The notes: generated by a model from the letters alone, not told the origin. A stretch of 64,000 nt of DNA from Octopus sinensis (GCF_006345805.1 NC_043005.1:36270001-36334000), one strand, 5' to 3'; numbered from the stretch's first letter, positions 39,666 through 54,000 are shown. Numbers and translations: made by a program.

Positions 39666-41329
39666 GTCTATTAGTCATTTTACCGACGCGCCTTTGAAAG
39701 GTAATGTGACTCTCTTCAAATCCAAGGCGATATAAGTGACTGATAAAAACTTGTGTTTCATCACAAGGTTTTGGTGGAAGAAACAACGACTGAATCCACA
39801 TGATTCATCACTAAACTATACCAGCACGTTACAAAGAAGGCATTGCCGAAGAATGAGTTGGCAAGAGATATTGTTATATTGGTCACAACATCGTTAACAG
39901 ACAACTACAACTTTAATTAGACATTACAAGCAAGGGTCCTGGCTTGTTTGGGTTTATAACAAACTGAAAGTGATATGCCAGTAATTATGAAATATGTTAG
40001 CCACCCTCTACTCTTTTGACATTAATCTCTTCCGAATTTTGTTTCTGATTACAGAAAGTTATGTCTAATGCTTAAAGGAATATTGAAGATAAAACAAAAT
40101 ATTAAAGCTTTTATTTTAAAGATCTTCTTTAAACAATATTTCCAGCTTCAAAGTTAAAACGCCCAGGTTATATTCTTAGCTTACTTTTGATTAGTCAGTA
40201 TATCGATTGACCATCAGAAAATGATGCATTTCAAAGTTCAAAGCAACGAAAATAATAATTTTCTGTGGATGTTGTATTTTACCGAACTTCTAAACGTCTG
40301 GTTTTGACAAGATGGAAAAAATCTTCGGAAGCCGACTGTATATTCCTTTCCAGAGTTCTTGCTGCTGTTGTTGCTTATCCCAAGGCCTGTCCTGGTTTTG
40401 TTGATCTGTAATCAAAGCCGTTCCAGCCGTGAACATTTGATTCCATCTATTTATGTTTTTATCTAGACATGGTGTATCAATGAACTACATTATCCTATGC
40501 ATATTTTCCTATTTATAAGAACCAAGGGTGTGATATGAATGACATGTAGCTGTTTTTTCCTACCAGGTCGAGTGACCCAGTGCATGCTTTAGCTTTGGTT
40601 CATTTTTGGCAGCTATTGTACCGATCAACAAATTCAGTATTAACTTCCCCAAATTTGTGCATTTCTCTCTTCATTCTTCGCGCTGTGTGCTTCACACTAA
40701 ATCACACTGTGTCAACACAGCGATTTAAACACTGAACAAACTGAGTTAATAAATAAGAGAAAAAAGAATCGATTGGAAGTTAAAAACGTAATGCTATGAA
40801 GGAATAGGTGTTAATAAGAATTAATATATTTCATGCAAGCTAGTTTGAGTTGGAGGCCAAAGGGGGGAAAATGTATAAAAAAAAAGACTATGATAAATAT
40901 ATAGACAAATAAATAACGCGAAGTTATTAAATAAAATGTTGAAGATATTTATTCATGTATCAAAAATTTTAAAACCAAAGGTAATTGACATCCCAGTGAG
41001 TTAAGATGTTATTTTGCATATGTCATTAATTTAAAAAAATTCTAATTATAGGGCAATTGAAGAACAAACTTTAATTGACATGTAGCAGTTTTAAACGTGT
41101 TTTAATTAGAAAAATAATATGTGGAAAGGAATGAACCGAACCGAAGCGAAATCACCGTTTGAGCAAATAAATAACGAAATTGCGAGAAAACTGTATATTC
41201 AAGGAAAGTGAGCGATTTGATATTAAAAGAAAATATAAAAATCAAAGAGTTAAATGGCCCCCACACCCGCAATTATCGAAAAATTCTCTTGATGCCTCAA
41301 ATGAACAAAAACATTTGGTATGTGTATAG

Positions 41330-41540
41330 GACGGCGAGGCGGCAAAATCAATAGCACCACAGACAAAATGCTTGGTGGCATTACGTCCTTCTTTTCGTTT
41401 CAAGTTCGAATTCCGTCGAGGTTGACTTTGTCTTTCATCTATTTGGGGTCGATAAAATAAGCTCTATTTGAACAATGGAGACGATGTGATTGACTTAAGT
41501 CCATTCCCCAAATTGCTGGCTTTGTGCCAAAAATTGAAAA
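41330..41540 (+). mobile_element. SINE family B, degenerate
   Basis: GACGGCGAGGCGGCAAAATC head; GGGGTCGATAAAATAAG core. Confidence 0.7.
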
Positions 41541-41641
41541 AATCTGTAGTATGTACACACGCATACACATATATATCTGTGTGTGTGTGAGTATAGTTAG
41601 GTAGGTACGAATATTTGTGTTTGTGTATGTATATAAATATA

Positions 41642-41865
41642 TGCAATAATCTCTCGATTATCGCTGGTTGTTACCTATCAAAATCCCCCGCGATAGGTGA
41701 AAATCCACGAAGTAGAAACAGTACTGTACTGTATATTTTTTAATTATCATTATAATTTGTCTATATTTATTTTATTATAAATGCAAAACAACACCATAAA
41801 GGAATCGACGTAAATTTAAATAATAAGCCCACTGGTGAACCGCGATACGGCGACGGATTACTGTA
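41642..41865. mobile_element. Tigger/pogo-like MITE
   Basis: Imperfect TIRs: TGCAATAATCTCTCGATTATCGC versus right-end reverse complement TACAGTAATCCGTCGCCGTATCGC. Confidence 0.55.
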
Positions 41866-42074
41866 AATGAAGTATTTAACATTATTAATAAAATTTATCT
41901 AACAACAAATTAATCATTGATAGTGGGAATCCCTACAATGTATGTAGGTGTGTGTATACATATACATGCATGCACATACATATATACATACACACATACA
42001 TATATGTAATGTATGTATGTATCTATCTATTTATCTATCAATCTATCAAGCTATTTATCTCTCTATATATCGTT

Positions 42075-42443
42075 TACTCTTTTACTTGTTTCAGTCATTT
42101 GACTATGGCCATGCTGGAGCACCGCCTTTAGTCGAGCAAATCCACCACAGGACTTATTCTTTGTAAGCCCAGTACTTATTCTATCGGGGACGTAAACACA
42201 CCAGCATCGGTTGTCAAGCGATGTTGGGGGGGACAAACACAGACACAAACGTAAACACACACACATCCATATATATATATACATGTATACGACGGGCTTC
42301 TTACAGTTTCCGTCTACCAAATTCATTCAAAAGAATTTGGTCGACCCGAGGCTATAGTAGAAGACACATGCCCAAGGTTCCACGCAGTGGGACTGAACCC
42401 GGAAACTGTGGTTGGTAAGTAAGCTACTTACCACACAGCCACT
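42075..42443 (-). mobile_element. SINE family A, full-length
   Basis: Head GTGGCTGTGTGGTAAGTAGC..GGGTTCAGTCCC; tail GACTGAAACAAGTAAAAGAGTAAA. Confidence 0.85.
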
Positions 42444-42729
42444 TCTACTGAGAGAAAATTGTGCTGCATTTTTGTGAATGAACAGGTTGAAGTTTCGAGC
42501 AACGAAATTGTGATATCTTCTAACAGATAAACGTCTAGGTGAAGCTAACTGTCTTTGTGTGTTTCTGAATGGCTAACCTGCAATCGCATTAGTTTCAATA
42601 CAATCTCTGATCAAAACACTTAATATGCAAATACTCCTTTATATAACACATACATGCGCGCGCGCATTCAATCACACACGCTCACACACATATGTCTCTC
42701 TATTTGCCATTTATGTGGAAATTCATGAT

Positions 42730-43470
42730 GAGCATTATCTCAAAGAATATTGACAACTATCTAAACAAGAAGGAAATACTCGTACTTCTAGTGGAGGGTG
42801 TAGACGCAAGAACATAAAGACTAAGAGCATAAGTTGATAAGAGATAAGACTGCCTTGATCGACTGCAAGAAGTGACGCAAACATTTGGCCATGGCATGGG
42901 TAGATTACAAGAAAGCCGATGACACGGTTCCACACTCGTAGATTATTGAGTATCATGCATTGGTTCATATTGTGAAGTGCATACAAGATTTAATGGCAAC
43001 CCGGAGAAATGACCTCACAGCATATGGTGAGACGCTAAGAGAGGTAAATAATAAAAGAGAAATTTTCAAAGGGGACACCTTATCTCCTCTCTTATTTGTA
43101 ATTTGACTGTATAGAGTGTTCTAAGAAAAATGTGTGTTTGATGTACTCTAGGCAATGTGAAAATAAACATCTAGTTTAAACATGTGCGATTTCTGCACAC
43201 GAATTCACACACGCTTCCAAAACTTGTTTATGGATGACGTAAAACTTCCTTCAAAATGTGGGAGAGAAATTGATTGTTTGCTGCCAACATTTCAGTGACT
43301 ATCAAGGACGTTGGGATGGAATTGGATATCAAAAAGTGTAGCGCAATGGTACTAAAAAGAAGAAAAGTTAGTTAAAGCCACGGAATCAATCTGGAAAGTG
43401 GTGAAATAAATGACGTTGGAGAAGAAAATTTTAAGTATTTGGATGTTATTGAAAGATATCTGGGATCAAG
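42730..43470 (+). mobile_element. Dong/R4-type RT fragment, heavily decayed
   Basis: LAMAWVDYKKA.D.VPHS, IFKGDTLSPLLF, LFMDDVKL, FKYL. Confidence 0.75.
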
Positions 43471-44533
43471 AAGAAAGGGGGATTCAGTACCAGCGAAGGA
43501 CATATCTACAGCTTTGGAACACATAAACAATCAGCTTTAAAACGTTTAATATTTACACATTCTATGACTATCTATCATTTCCCCTTTCCCTCTGAGTATT
43601 CGAAAATGTGAACATCCTCTCTATTCAAAGAACACTACAGTTTTCTCTGTTCCGACAGATAAAAGATCATCTCCAGTAAATATTAAAATCTTCATATCTA
43701 CAATTTTCTGCGAAAAAAATTTTACCTCTCTTTTCTTTTGGTTCCTTTTCCCCTGAATATTCGAAAATGTAAACATCCTTTTTATTGAAAAAAAAAACCA
43801 CACAAAAAAAAAAGAACAATATTTTTCTCTGAACGGACATCCAAACGAACACCTCAAAAGATTTAGAAACTTTAATATCTGCAATTTTGTGTGAACATTT
43901 TGTCTTCCCTTCTCTGACCTCTAGGGATAATCAAGGAACGCCACCATCCAAGATCTTCCGGAACACTAAGGGCAAGCACCCTTTCCAATTACTGTTTTCC
44001 GACTGACAGGCCTGTACTTGGGGCGGTATATTACACTTTTGCCACTTTTTCAACTTTCAACCCACATTTCCATAAATTCACTCGAGGACTGCACCTTCTC
44101 TCTATCTTTACCGGAAGATAAGATAATGATGTTAATCATTAATTATTTATTAATTGTGAAGGAAACTTTGGGCAAGTTGCCAACCATGCAAATCTTCCCG
44201 TCAGCTATGGTGATGGTGGTGAATTTGTTGCAGTAAATGATGATAATGATGCTAATAATGATGATGATGATGATGTTGATGATGATGATAATGTTGAGGA
44301 TGATTTTGTGGAGGGGAAAAAGAAGAAGAGGAGGAGGAGGGGGAGATGTTAGAGACACCGCAGCAGAGCTGCAGGAAAAGAGTGTCTTAAGACTTGATAG
44401 CCAGGGAATAAAAAAACCTAGGCATGTGTTTGCGTAAATGCTCATGGAGTGTAAGTATGTGTTTGATGGTGTATGTGAATATACATATATATACATATAC
44501 ACACACGTACATACATATATGTGTACATATATG

Positions 44534-44592
<59 letters not shown>

Positions 44593-45111
44593 CTATCTAT
44601 CTACCTATTTTTCTATATATGTACAAACACAAACACACACATATATACATACGGATGTGTATGTGTCTGTTACGTAAGTATGGAGTGTGTTCATTAGTTT
44701 GTATGTACATGCTATATAGACTTGGTTATCGATTAAGTTAGTGTATTGGTCTTGAAGTTAGGAAGTTAGTTGTTTACAGACGAAAGGTGGGCTGATGTCG
44801 AAAGCAAACAAATAAACCGAAATGTTATTGGCAAACTCAGTTGGAGAATGAGGCGGAGGGGGCGAAGGAAGAGTAGATGAGATTTAAAGAAAAATTTGCA
44901 AATCAGGACACAGACCCGCTGGTAAACAGCGCATGTATATCTACGAGTAGGAAATAGCTACGCATGAATGTATGTATGTATGTATGTATGTATGTATGTA
45001 TGTATGTATGTATGTATGTATGTATGTATGTATGTATGTAGGTATGTATGTATGTATGTATAGATATTTACATATACGCAGACACACATATGCATACATA
45101 TATGTGTATAT

Positions 45112-45326
45112 TACAAAATATGACCGCGTGTGTACCGTTGGCGATTTTTTTCCTCCGTCTTCTCTTCTTTGGATCCTTCCTTTTCCTATGTTTCTGACGA
45201 AGAGCTCCGCTCGAAAGGTTAAAACCTCCTTCTTTCCCTCTTTCCTCAGCGTCCAATAATACTACACTTGTTCCACGTCCTCGCTTTGTTGTGTTTTCTC
45301 TTTTTGTTTTCATGTTTGGCTAAACT
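45112..45326 (+). mobile_element. Second hammerhead-bearing short element (PLE pLTR-like)
   Basis: Unique block between TA-rich tracts containing GTTT-CTGACGA-A-GAGC(TCC)GCTC-GAAA-GG-TT-AAAAC at 45190-45225. Confidence 0.6.
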
Positions 45327-45427
45327 ATATATATATATACATCTACATATAACATATACATATATGTATATGTATATTTGTATAAGTGTGTGTGCGTGTG
45401 TGTATGTATGTATATATTGATTGATAA

Positions 45428-45475
<48 letters not shown>

Positions 45476-45478
<3 letters not shown>

Positions 45479-45661
45479 GGAGTAAACACATAAATGTGAA
45501 ATAAAGTAGAAAAAAGAGTACTCAAATACCAGGGGGAGAGTAATATACTTTATTTAAAAGCAGCAGAAATTCAACAAGACCTGTTACTCGGAGCTTCACG
45601 TTCCCGTTCGTCGGACAAAAACTGTTCGACGAGCGTGAACATGAAACTCCGAGTAACAGGT
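45476..45661. mobile_element. Third hammerhead-like element with terminal fold-back
   Basis: Inverted arms 45579-45617 and 45623-45661; consensus CTGT-CCGACGA-ACG(GGAA)CGT-GAAA-CTCCGAG-TA-ACAG. Confidence 0.5.
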
Positions 45662-47126
45662 TTCGAGCAGATAACTTACAGGAATGTAGACAAACCAACA
45701 CCGATTGTTACGCGGTTAGGAGACGGAGAACAAATATATATATATACACAAAGATCGATAGAATAAGCCCTGACTTTAAAAAAATCAATACCGGGCATGA
45801 TTTCTTGGACTATGTATGCATATATGTGCGCGCACGCGTGTGCTTGTGTATTTAATAGGTTGATTCGGCTCCATGCAGCTTAAAGTTTTGTAGGGTCGTC
45901 ACAAAAACCTAGCTCCTCAAGAATAGGTGACCTATTGAAGCGTTGGAGCAAGTTCAAGATGTCTTCAGAAGATATGGTAACTATTAGTCAAGGCTGACCA
46001 CATGATGTTGTTGACATTGGTGATGGGAAAATCAGGGGCATCAAATAGAAACCCCGATCTGTATTTCTTGGACCGCATGGTCGGACAGGTTGTAGGTGCC
46101 ACCTCGCTGCCTAGCTAATGGGGTAATAACCTTAAGCGACACCAGTTACCTTTACATGTTGTACAGTATCTGAGTGTACGTATCTGGTGCGTATGTGTGT
46201 TGTTACTCTTCTGTATGCGCGCCCTCATTGTTCGATCTCCCAATATCCTGTAGCTATTCTTGAACTTACACCATCGCTTCGAAATCACTATCATACTTCT
46301 TGTAAAAGAATAAGAAATATGAACACGTTGAAAAAGTTGAGTATTCCTTCAGTATAATCTTAAATAATTTTTTCCTTATAACTCTAAGTAAAAAGCAAGC
46401 ATTAATAAATGCACATAAACATATGTACGTGTGTACGTATGTGTGCATACATACGTTCATACATACATATGCGTGTGTGTATATGTGTGTGTGTATACAT
46501 ACATATATGGATATATATACAATATATGTGCATCTTTGTGTCCATAAATACAATATGTTGGACCTGAATATAGGCTTATAAATACACACGCGTCCCCCCC
46601 ACACATATATATATATTACATGAATGAATATATACTTCAGCATATATACACGTGTATGCATGTATATAACTTCATGCAGATTTGATGGTCTTCAGTACGT
46701 TGTTTAAGTGAACTCTAAGTCGGTCTATCCTCTGAAATCTCTTTTTTTCTTGTTTCTCTTCATACCATACAGGTTTTTCTTATATACCTACGCATACACC
46801 TCCAACCACACAAACATGCACACACCACACTCATATACGCACGCATACACACACGCATGCGCACACATACGGACACAAACACACGCACGTCCACGCACAT
46901 AGAAAGATACAGTCACACTAGCTTATATTCATACATAGGCATGTCTATGTATGCATGTATATATGGAAGTGCGCATATGCGTATGACTGTGAATTCACGT
47001 ATGTACTCACCTTCATTTCTACCTGCCTGCGTCTATCATTTCAAATGTTTGTCTGACATATTCAACACACAGTAACACAACTGCACCTGCACATACACAC
47101 GTTCACATACACAGGTATATATAATA

Positions 47127-47199
<73 letters not shown>

Positions 47200-47292
47200 T
47201 ATATATATATACATATATATACACACATATATATATACATATATACATACATATATATATATACATACATACACACACACAGATATATTTAT

Positions 47293-47356
<64 letters not shown>

Positions 47357-47869
47357 AATATATCTGTGTGTGTGTGTATATATGTATATATATATATATG
47401 TATGTATATATGTATATATATATATCAGAGGATGACATACCTAAGAATAACAAAATTTCACATACAAACATAAACGTAATTACATATATATATAAATATA
47501 TAATATATATGTACACATACATATTCATGAATGTGTGTGTGTGTGTGAATGTGTGTGTTTGTGTGTGTGTGTGTGTATGTGTGTGTGTGTGCGTGTGCAT
47601 TCAGATGCACACAGCTATATATACATTGGTAGGGCTGATATATGTAGGTACGAGTGACGAAGACTGGTAAACAAGGTTAGAACTAAAAAAAGACCATACA
47701 TAAACAAGGTTATTAGCAAAGACAAAGCGATTAAGCAGTGTTGTTGCTATTCTCACATTCACAGACACAAGCAAAAAGATGTATAGATATAGTAGCTATA
47801 TAGTAGATACATTCTAGATATATATATATACTCGCATGTGTGGTGAACAAATGCGACAGAAGCCCGTTA

Positions 47870-47909
47870 TCTATCTGTCTGTCAGTCTACCTGCCTGTCT
47901 GTGTCTCTC

Positions 47910-47944
<35 letters not shown>

Positions 47945-47954
47945 CATCTATCTT

Positions 47955-48025
<71 letters not shown>

Positions 48026-48056
48026 CATCTATCTTCTGTCTGTCTGTCTGTCTGTC

Positions 48057-48095
<39 letters not shown>

Positions 48096-48097
48096 TC

Positions 48098-48158
<61 letters not shown>

Positions 48159-48219
48159 ATCCATCTATCTTTCTGTCTGTCTATCCATCTTCTTCTGTCT
48201 GTCTGTCTGTCTGTCTGTC

Positions 48220-48298
<79 letters not shown>

Positions 48299-48335
48299 CA
48301 TCTATCTTTCTGTCTTGTCTATCCATCTATCTTTC

Positions 48336-48413
<78 letters not shown>

Positions 48414-48461
48414 CCCTATCTATCTATCCATCTATTTTCTGTCTGTCTGTCTGTCTGTCTT

Positions 48462-48543
<82 letters not shown>

Positions 48544-48553
48544 CATCTATCTT

Positions 48554-48596
<43 letters not shown>

Positions 48597-48658
48597 TCTA
48601 TCTATCTATTCTATCTATCTATTATTTATCTGTGTCTGTCTGTCTGTCTATCTATCTA

Positions 48659-48712
<54 letters not shown>

Positions 48713-48760
48713 TATCCGTCTGTCTGTCTGCCTTTCTGTCTGTTTGTCTGTCTATCCATC
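47870..48760. repeat. Compound (CTAT)n/(CTGT)n tetranucleotide array
   Basis: Direct inspection; produces the 250-320 aa LSIY/LSVC pseudo-ORFs. Confidence 0.95.
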
Positions 48761-48761
48761 A

Positions 48762-48799
<38 letters not shown>

Positions 48800-48801
<2 letters not shown>

Positions 48802-49011
48802 AATTAAGGACTGAACACGAAAAGTGGACAGTCAACATGCTAATATAGACGTCAAATCACCATTCACCCACAAAAGATTATGTTCTCAGATCAAACTCAG
48901 CTGAGTTTGTGCTGATTTGATCTGAGAACATAATCTTTTGTGGTGAATGGCGATTTGACGTCTATATCTAGCATGTTGACTGTCCACTTTTCGTGTTCAG
49001 TCCTTAATTGG
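48800..49011. repeat. Near-perfect ~210-bp palindrome (fold-back)
   Basis: CCAATTAAGGACTGAACACGAAAAGTGGACAG... and its reverse complement ending CAGTCCTTAATTGG; TA tracts outside. Confidence 0.92.
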
Positions 49012-49525
49012 TATATATAAATATTTTAATCTTCGGATTCTTTTTTAATATGCTAGATCACTGGTCCTAATTGATAAATATCAATTTCTACCCTTAATTA
49101 ATTTTATATATATATATATATATATAAACATGTGAAATTAATTCATAATATTGTATATTTGTATATAAAGATTTTATATGGCCACAGCATGGCCACAGCT
49201 CATAAGCTGAAACTAGAATCAATCAATCAATCAATCAAAATCATATATATATGTTTTTATGCATTTATTCATGTATGTATGTGTGTGCGTGCGTGGTGTG
49301 TGTGTGTGTGTGTGTGTGTGTGTATCTATAATAGCTCTTGGCAATTTATTTTCCTTCTTTGGACTTTTCCCTTTCTTCTTACCGAGCGCCAAGCTAATAT
49401 ATTCCTTGTGCACGTCTTGTTGTCTGTTAATTTTATTATTCGCTCATTTGAATTGTGTGTGTGTGTGTGTGTATACCCACACATACACACACGAACACAC
49501 AGACACACAGACACACAGACACAGT

Positions 49526-49570
<45 letters not shown>

Positions 49571-49606
49571 TTACATATAAAGTAAAAGCAGTTCCAGTAT
49601 CATAAA

Positions 49607-50126
49607 TATTGTTAAATACATACACTAATGTATATGCTTTGTGCATTTTCCACTGGCTGCAATGGAGCAGCAGAGTATACAACTCTCATGTCGCCGGTGT
49701 TGAAACACCTTAGAGCCGTGGACCGGCGAGATAACTCCCCCTCATTCCCATTTCGAAGTGATGGTCATCGATGTTTCGTCATTTTTGTGGCTTATCAAGA
49801 TGAGACATCTAGCCAGTCCAACGACTTATATTGTTCATGGCTTGTAAAAATCATGAGCTGGTATGCCCGGAAATTGCTTACTTAAGAGAAAATTGAGCAT
49901 ATAAGTCGTTGGACTGGCCAGGTGACTCGCCTTTAACCCAAGCCACAAAAATGGTGAAACATCGATGTCCATCACTCCCAAATGGGATTGAGAGTGAGTT
50001 ATTCCGCCTGTCCACGACTTTAAGGTGTTTTAACACCGGTGATATGAGAGTTATATACTCCTCTACGCCATTGCAGCCGCCGGAAAATACACAAAACATA
50101 TGCATTTGTAAACGTATTTAATAATA
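49607..50126. repeat. Diverged inverted repeat, ~230-bp arms
   Basis: Arms 49607-49837 and 49894-50126 (e.g. GCCAGTCCAACGACTTATAT / ATATAAGTCGTTGGACTGGC). Confidence 0.88.
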
Positions 50127-50129
50127 ATA

Positions 50130-50191
<62 letters not shown>

Positions 50192-50584
50192 TGTATGTGT
50201 GTGTGTGTGTATACATGATATATATACATATTATATAAACATATATATATATGTACATATATAAAATCCAAATAATAAGACAAACAAATAGTTTCACTCA
50301 TGTTTAATGATCAGTTGTTTCTTTACCAACACTGTTTTCAACACCAGTTTACGTAAGAGTCTAAAGTGAATATTTATGTAATATTTGCGATTTAATACAT
50401 TAGCGTGGCACTTCAGACGACTCGCATCAAGCGCTTACTCTCACATTGTGCCATGCACGTATATATATATATATATATATATATGCCAAAAATTTAACTA
50501 AATCACAACAGACGGAAAATTCGTAGCTAATTCCTCATCAGTCAACGTCCAAAAGGTCATTACAATTTCATACCTTCCGGGTTC

Positions 50585-51120
<536 letters not shown>

Positions 51121-51434
51121 TGGGGCAGTGAATAGCAACAGTGAAGTCACAGAAAATATGCCGACCATGCTTTTTTAGGGATATGTTATATCCTCTTCTT
51201 CAGTGGGGTGTTAGGGATATGCTACATTCTCTTCAATAATGGAGTTTGATTTCAAAGGAGATTTGGCTGCTATTCTTTGCAGGCTGCCCTCGTACTTGCT
51301 CCATCAATATTGCAGTTAGTTTTGGCGGTGTGGGTCGTGGCTATGTGACGCTGTAGTGGTTTGTATGGGAAATATTTGAAATGTTTATGCATGCTACGAA
51401 AGAAAAATATCCCATATTTTATGCACTCATTTCT

Positions 51435-52397
51435 TAATTCTTTATTGCCCACAGGGGGCTAAACATAGAGGGTTCAAACAAGGACTGACAAAGGGATTAA
51501 GTCGATTACATCGACCCCAGTGTGTAACTAGTACCTAATTTATCGACCCCGAATAGATGGAAGGCAAAGTCGACCTCAGTGGAATTTGAACTCAGAAAGT
51601 AATGGCAGGCGAAATATCTATTTCTTTACTACCCACAAGGGGCTAAACACAGAGGGGCGAACAAGGACAGACAAACGGATTAAGTCGATTATATCGACCC
51701 CAGTGCGTAACTGGTACTTATTTAATCGACCCCGAAATGATGAAAGGCAAAGTCGACCTCGGTGGAATTTGTACTCAGAACGTAACAGCAGGCGAAATAT
51801 TTATTTCTTTACTACCCACAAGGGGCTAAATTAAGACATGACAAACAAGGACAGACAAACGGATTAAGTCGATTATATCGATCCCAGTGAGTAACTGGTA
51901 CTTATTTAATCGATCCCGAAGTGATGAAAGGCAAAGTCGACCTCAGTGGAATTTGTACTCAGAACGTAACGGCAGGTGAAATACCTATTTCTTTACTACC
52001 TACAAGGGGCTAAATTAGGACAGGTCAAGCAAGGACAGACAATCGGATTAAGTCGATTATATCGACCCCAGTGCGTAACTGGTATTTATTTAATCGACCC
52101 CGAAAGGATGAAAGGCAAAGTCGACCTCGGCGGAATTTGAACTCAACGTAGAGGCAGACGAAATACCTATTTCTTTACTACCCACAAGGGGCTAAACACA
52201 AAGGGGCAAACAAGGACAGACAAACGGATTAAGTCGATTACATCGACCCCAGTGCGTAACTGGTACTTAATTTATTGACCCCGAAAGGATGAAAGGCAAA
52301 GTCGACCTCGGCGGAATTTGAACTCAGAACGTAGCGTCAGACGAAATACCGCTAAGCATGTCGCCCGGTGTGCTAACGTTTCTGCCAGCTCGCCGCC
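51435..52397 (-). mobile_element. SINE family B concatemer: one head plus five ~183-bp body units, 16-bp TSD
   Basis: Units begin at ~51438, 51621, 51804, 51988, 52170; TTATGCACTCATTTCT at 51419-51434 and 52398-52413. Confidence 0.92.
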
Positions 52398-52977
52398 TTA
52401 TGCACTCATTTCTGTGACGCTACTAAACTTACACTGTTGACAATGAAGTCTCCCAGTGGCTACTGATTAACCGCTTGCGTTTCAGTGATCAATATCCTTG
52501 ATAATGATGGACATCTTGCGTTTGATGCTGAAAAGTATTATTAACAAAGATAAATATAAGAGGAATTTTGCTGCAGTCTGTAGATGGTGTCGATTCTGGT
52601 AATGGAGGTGAAGAGGCGGTGTTTGTGGTGGTGGTGGTAGTGATGATGATGATGATGGTATAGTTCCAACGATCGTAGGTACTGGTGGTGCTAATGAAGG
52701 TGACAGTGAGGTGACGACAAAGAAAAACTCATCTCCATTGGGTGTCTTTGAAGGCAACACGATTTGTTAAAATTACTGAATGCCAGCTTTAAGACTGCAA
52801 TTGAGATGGAACTTGTCCTCCAGTTTTAGAACCACCTAACGACACACATCTACACACATACACACACAAACACGTAAATGTTCAGGTATGTGTGTGTCAG
52901 GTAAAGCCTGTAAATATGTGAGTTTAGTAAGTACCAGACGCGAAACTGTCGGTCTTTGAGTGGCTTGTATATACATC

Positions 52978-53028
<51 letters not shown>

Positions 53029-53132
53029 GTGTGTGTGTGTGTGTGTGCGTGTGTGTGTGTGTGTGGTGCATGTATGTATATATATATATGTATATGTATA
53101 TTGACACACATACATGCATACATATACATATT

Positions 53133-53208
<76 letters not shown>

Positions 53209-53388
53209 CATACATAAACATCATACACATGTGTGTGTCTGTGTGTGTGGTGTGTGTAAGAAACCTTGATCATGTTTTCTTAGGTGTAACGGCATGCTAA
53301 GATTATGTGAGACAACATCGCGTACAAAGAACATCCATCATATATATCTACATACATACTATGTATATGTGAATACTCACACACACGC

Positions 53389-53429
<41 letters not shown>

Positions 53430-53781
53430 TAAGAAATTACTTATATGTGCATGTGGATATGTGCGTATGTTTGTGAGCACGTGTACTTATTAGCATCATT
53501 CATTATCATTAAAAATGCAGACCGAAATCCGTATTCCAACTTCTAAATTGTTCACTAACAGTTTGTTAAGTGTTAACTCTATCAAATATAGAACTCGCAT
53601 TTTAAAGACTTCAAAATTCCAAAAGGTGCTTTTATAACGTTCTACTCTGTTTCCCTATCTGTCTATCTACCATGTTATCAATCAGTCTGGCTATACCTAC
53701 CTACTTACATACACACATACATACATACATACATACATACATACATACATACATACATACATACGTACATACATACATACA

Positions 53782-54000
53782 TGATGGCTGCCCCCTCGTT
53801 ATCGAGTATGGCCATTGCACGAAGCTTAACTGTTATTGGTGCTGTGATCGAATGTGACTTTTTAGCCCATCTAAAATTCTACAATGTCTTGTACAGAATT
53901 GGCAAATAAAACCTTTACCGGTAATAGCCAGCTGTAGTTGCAACTGGGCTTCATGTACCTTTGCATGTCGTTTAAGTCCTGCCGAATTACACTCTCTTCA
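53782..54000 (-). mobile_element. Possible RTE-like LINE 3' end
   Basis: Non-microsatellite block in (CATA)n; minus strand ends CAATGGCCATACTCGATAACGAGGGG, reminiscent of RTE 3' tails. Confidence 0.35.

Noticed and set aside
47836-48814. Long ORFs of 252-324 aa
   Set aside because: Translations of CTAT/CTGT repeats, which lack stop codons in several frames
51438-52397. CRISPR-like or satellite array
   Set aside because: No unique spacers; units are SINE B bodies and the context is eukaryotic
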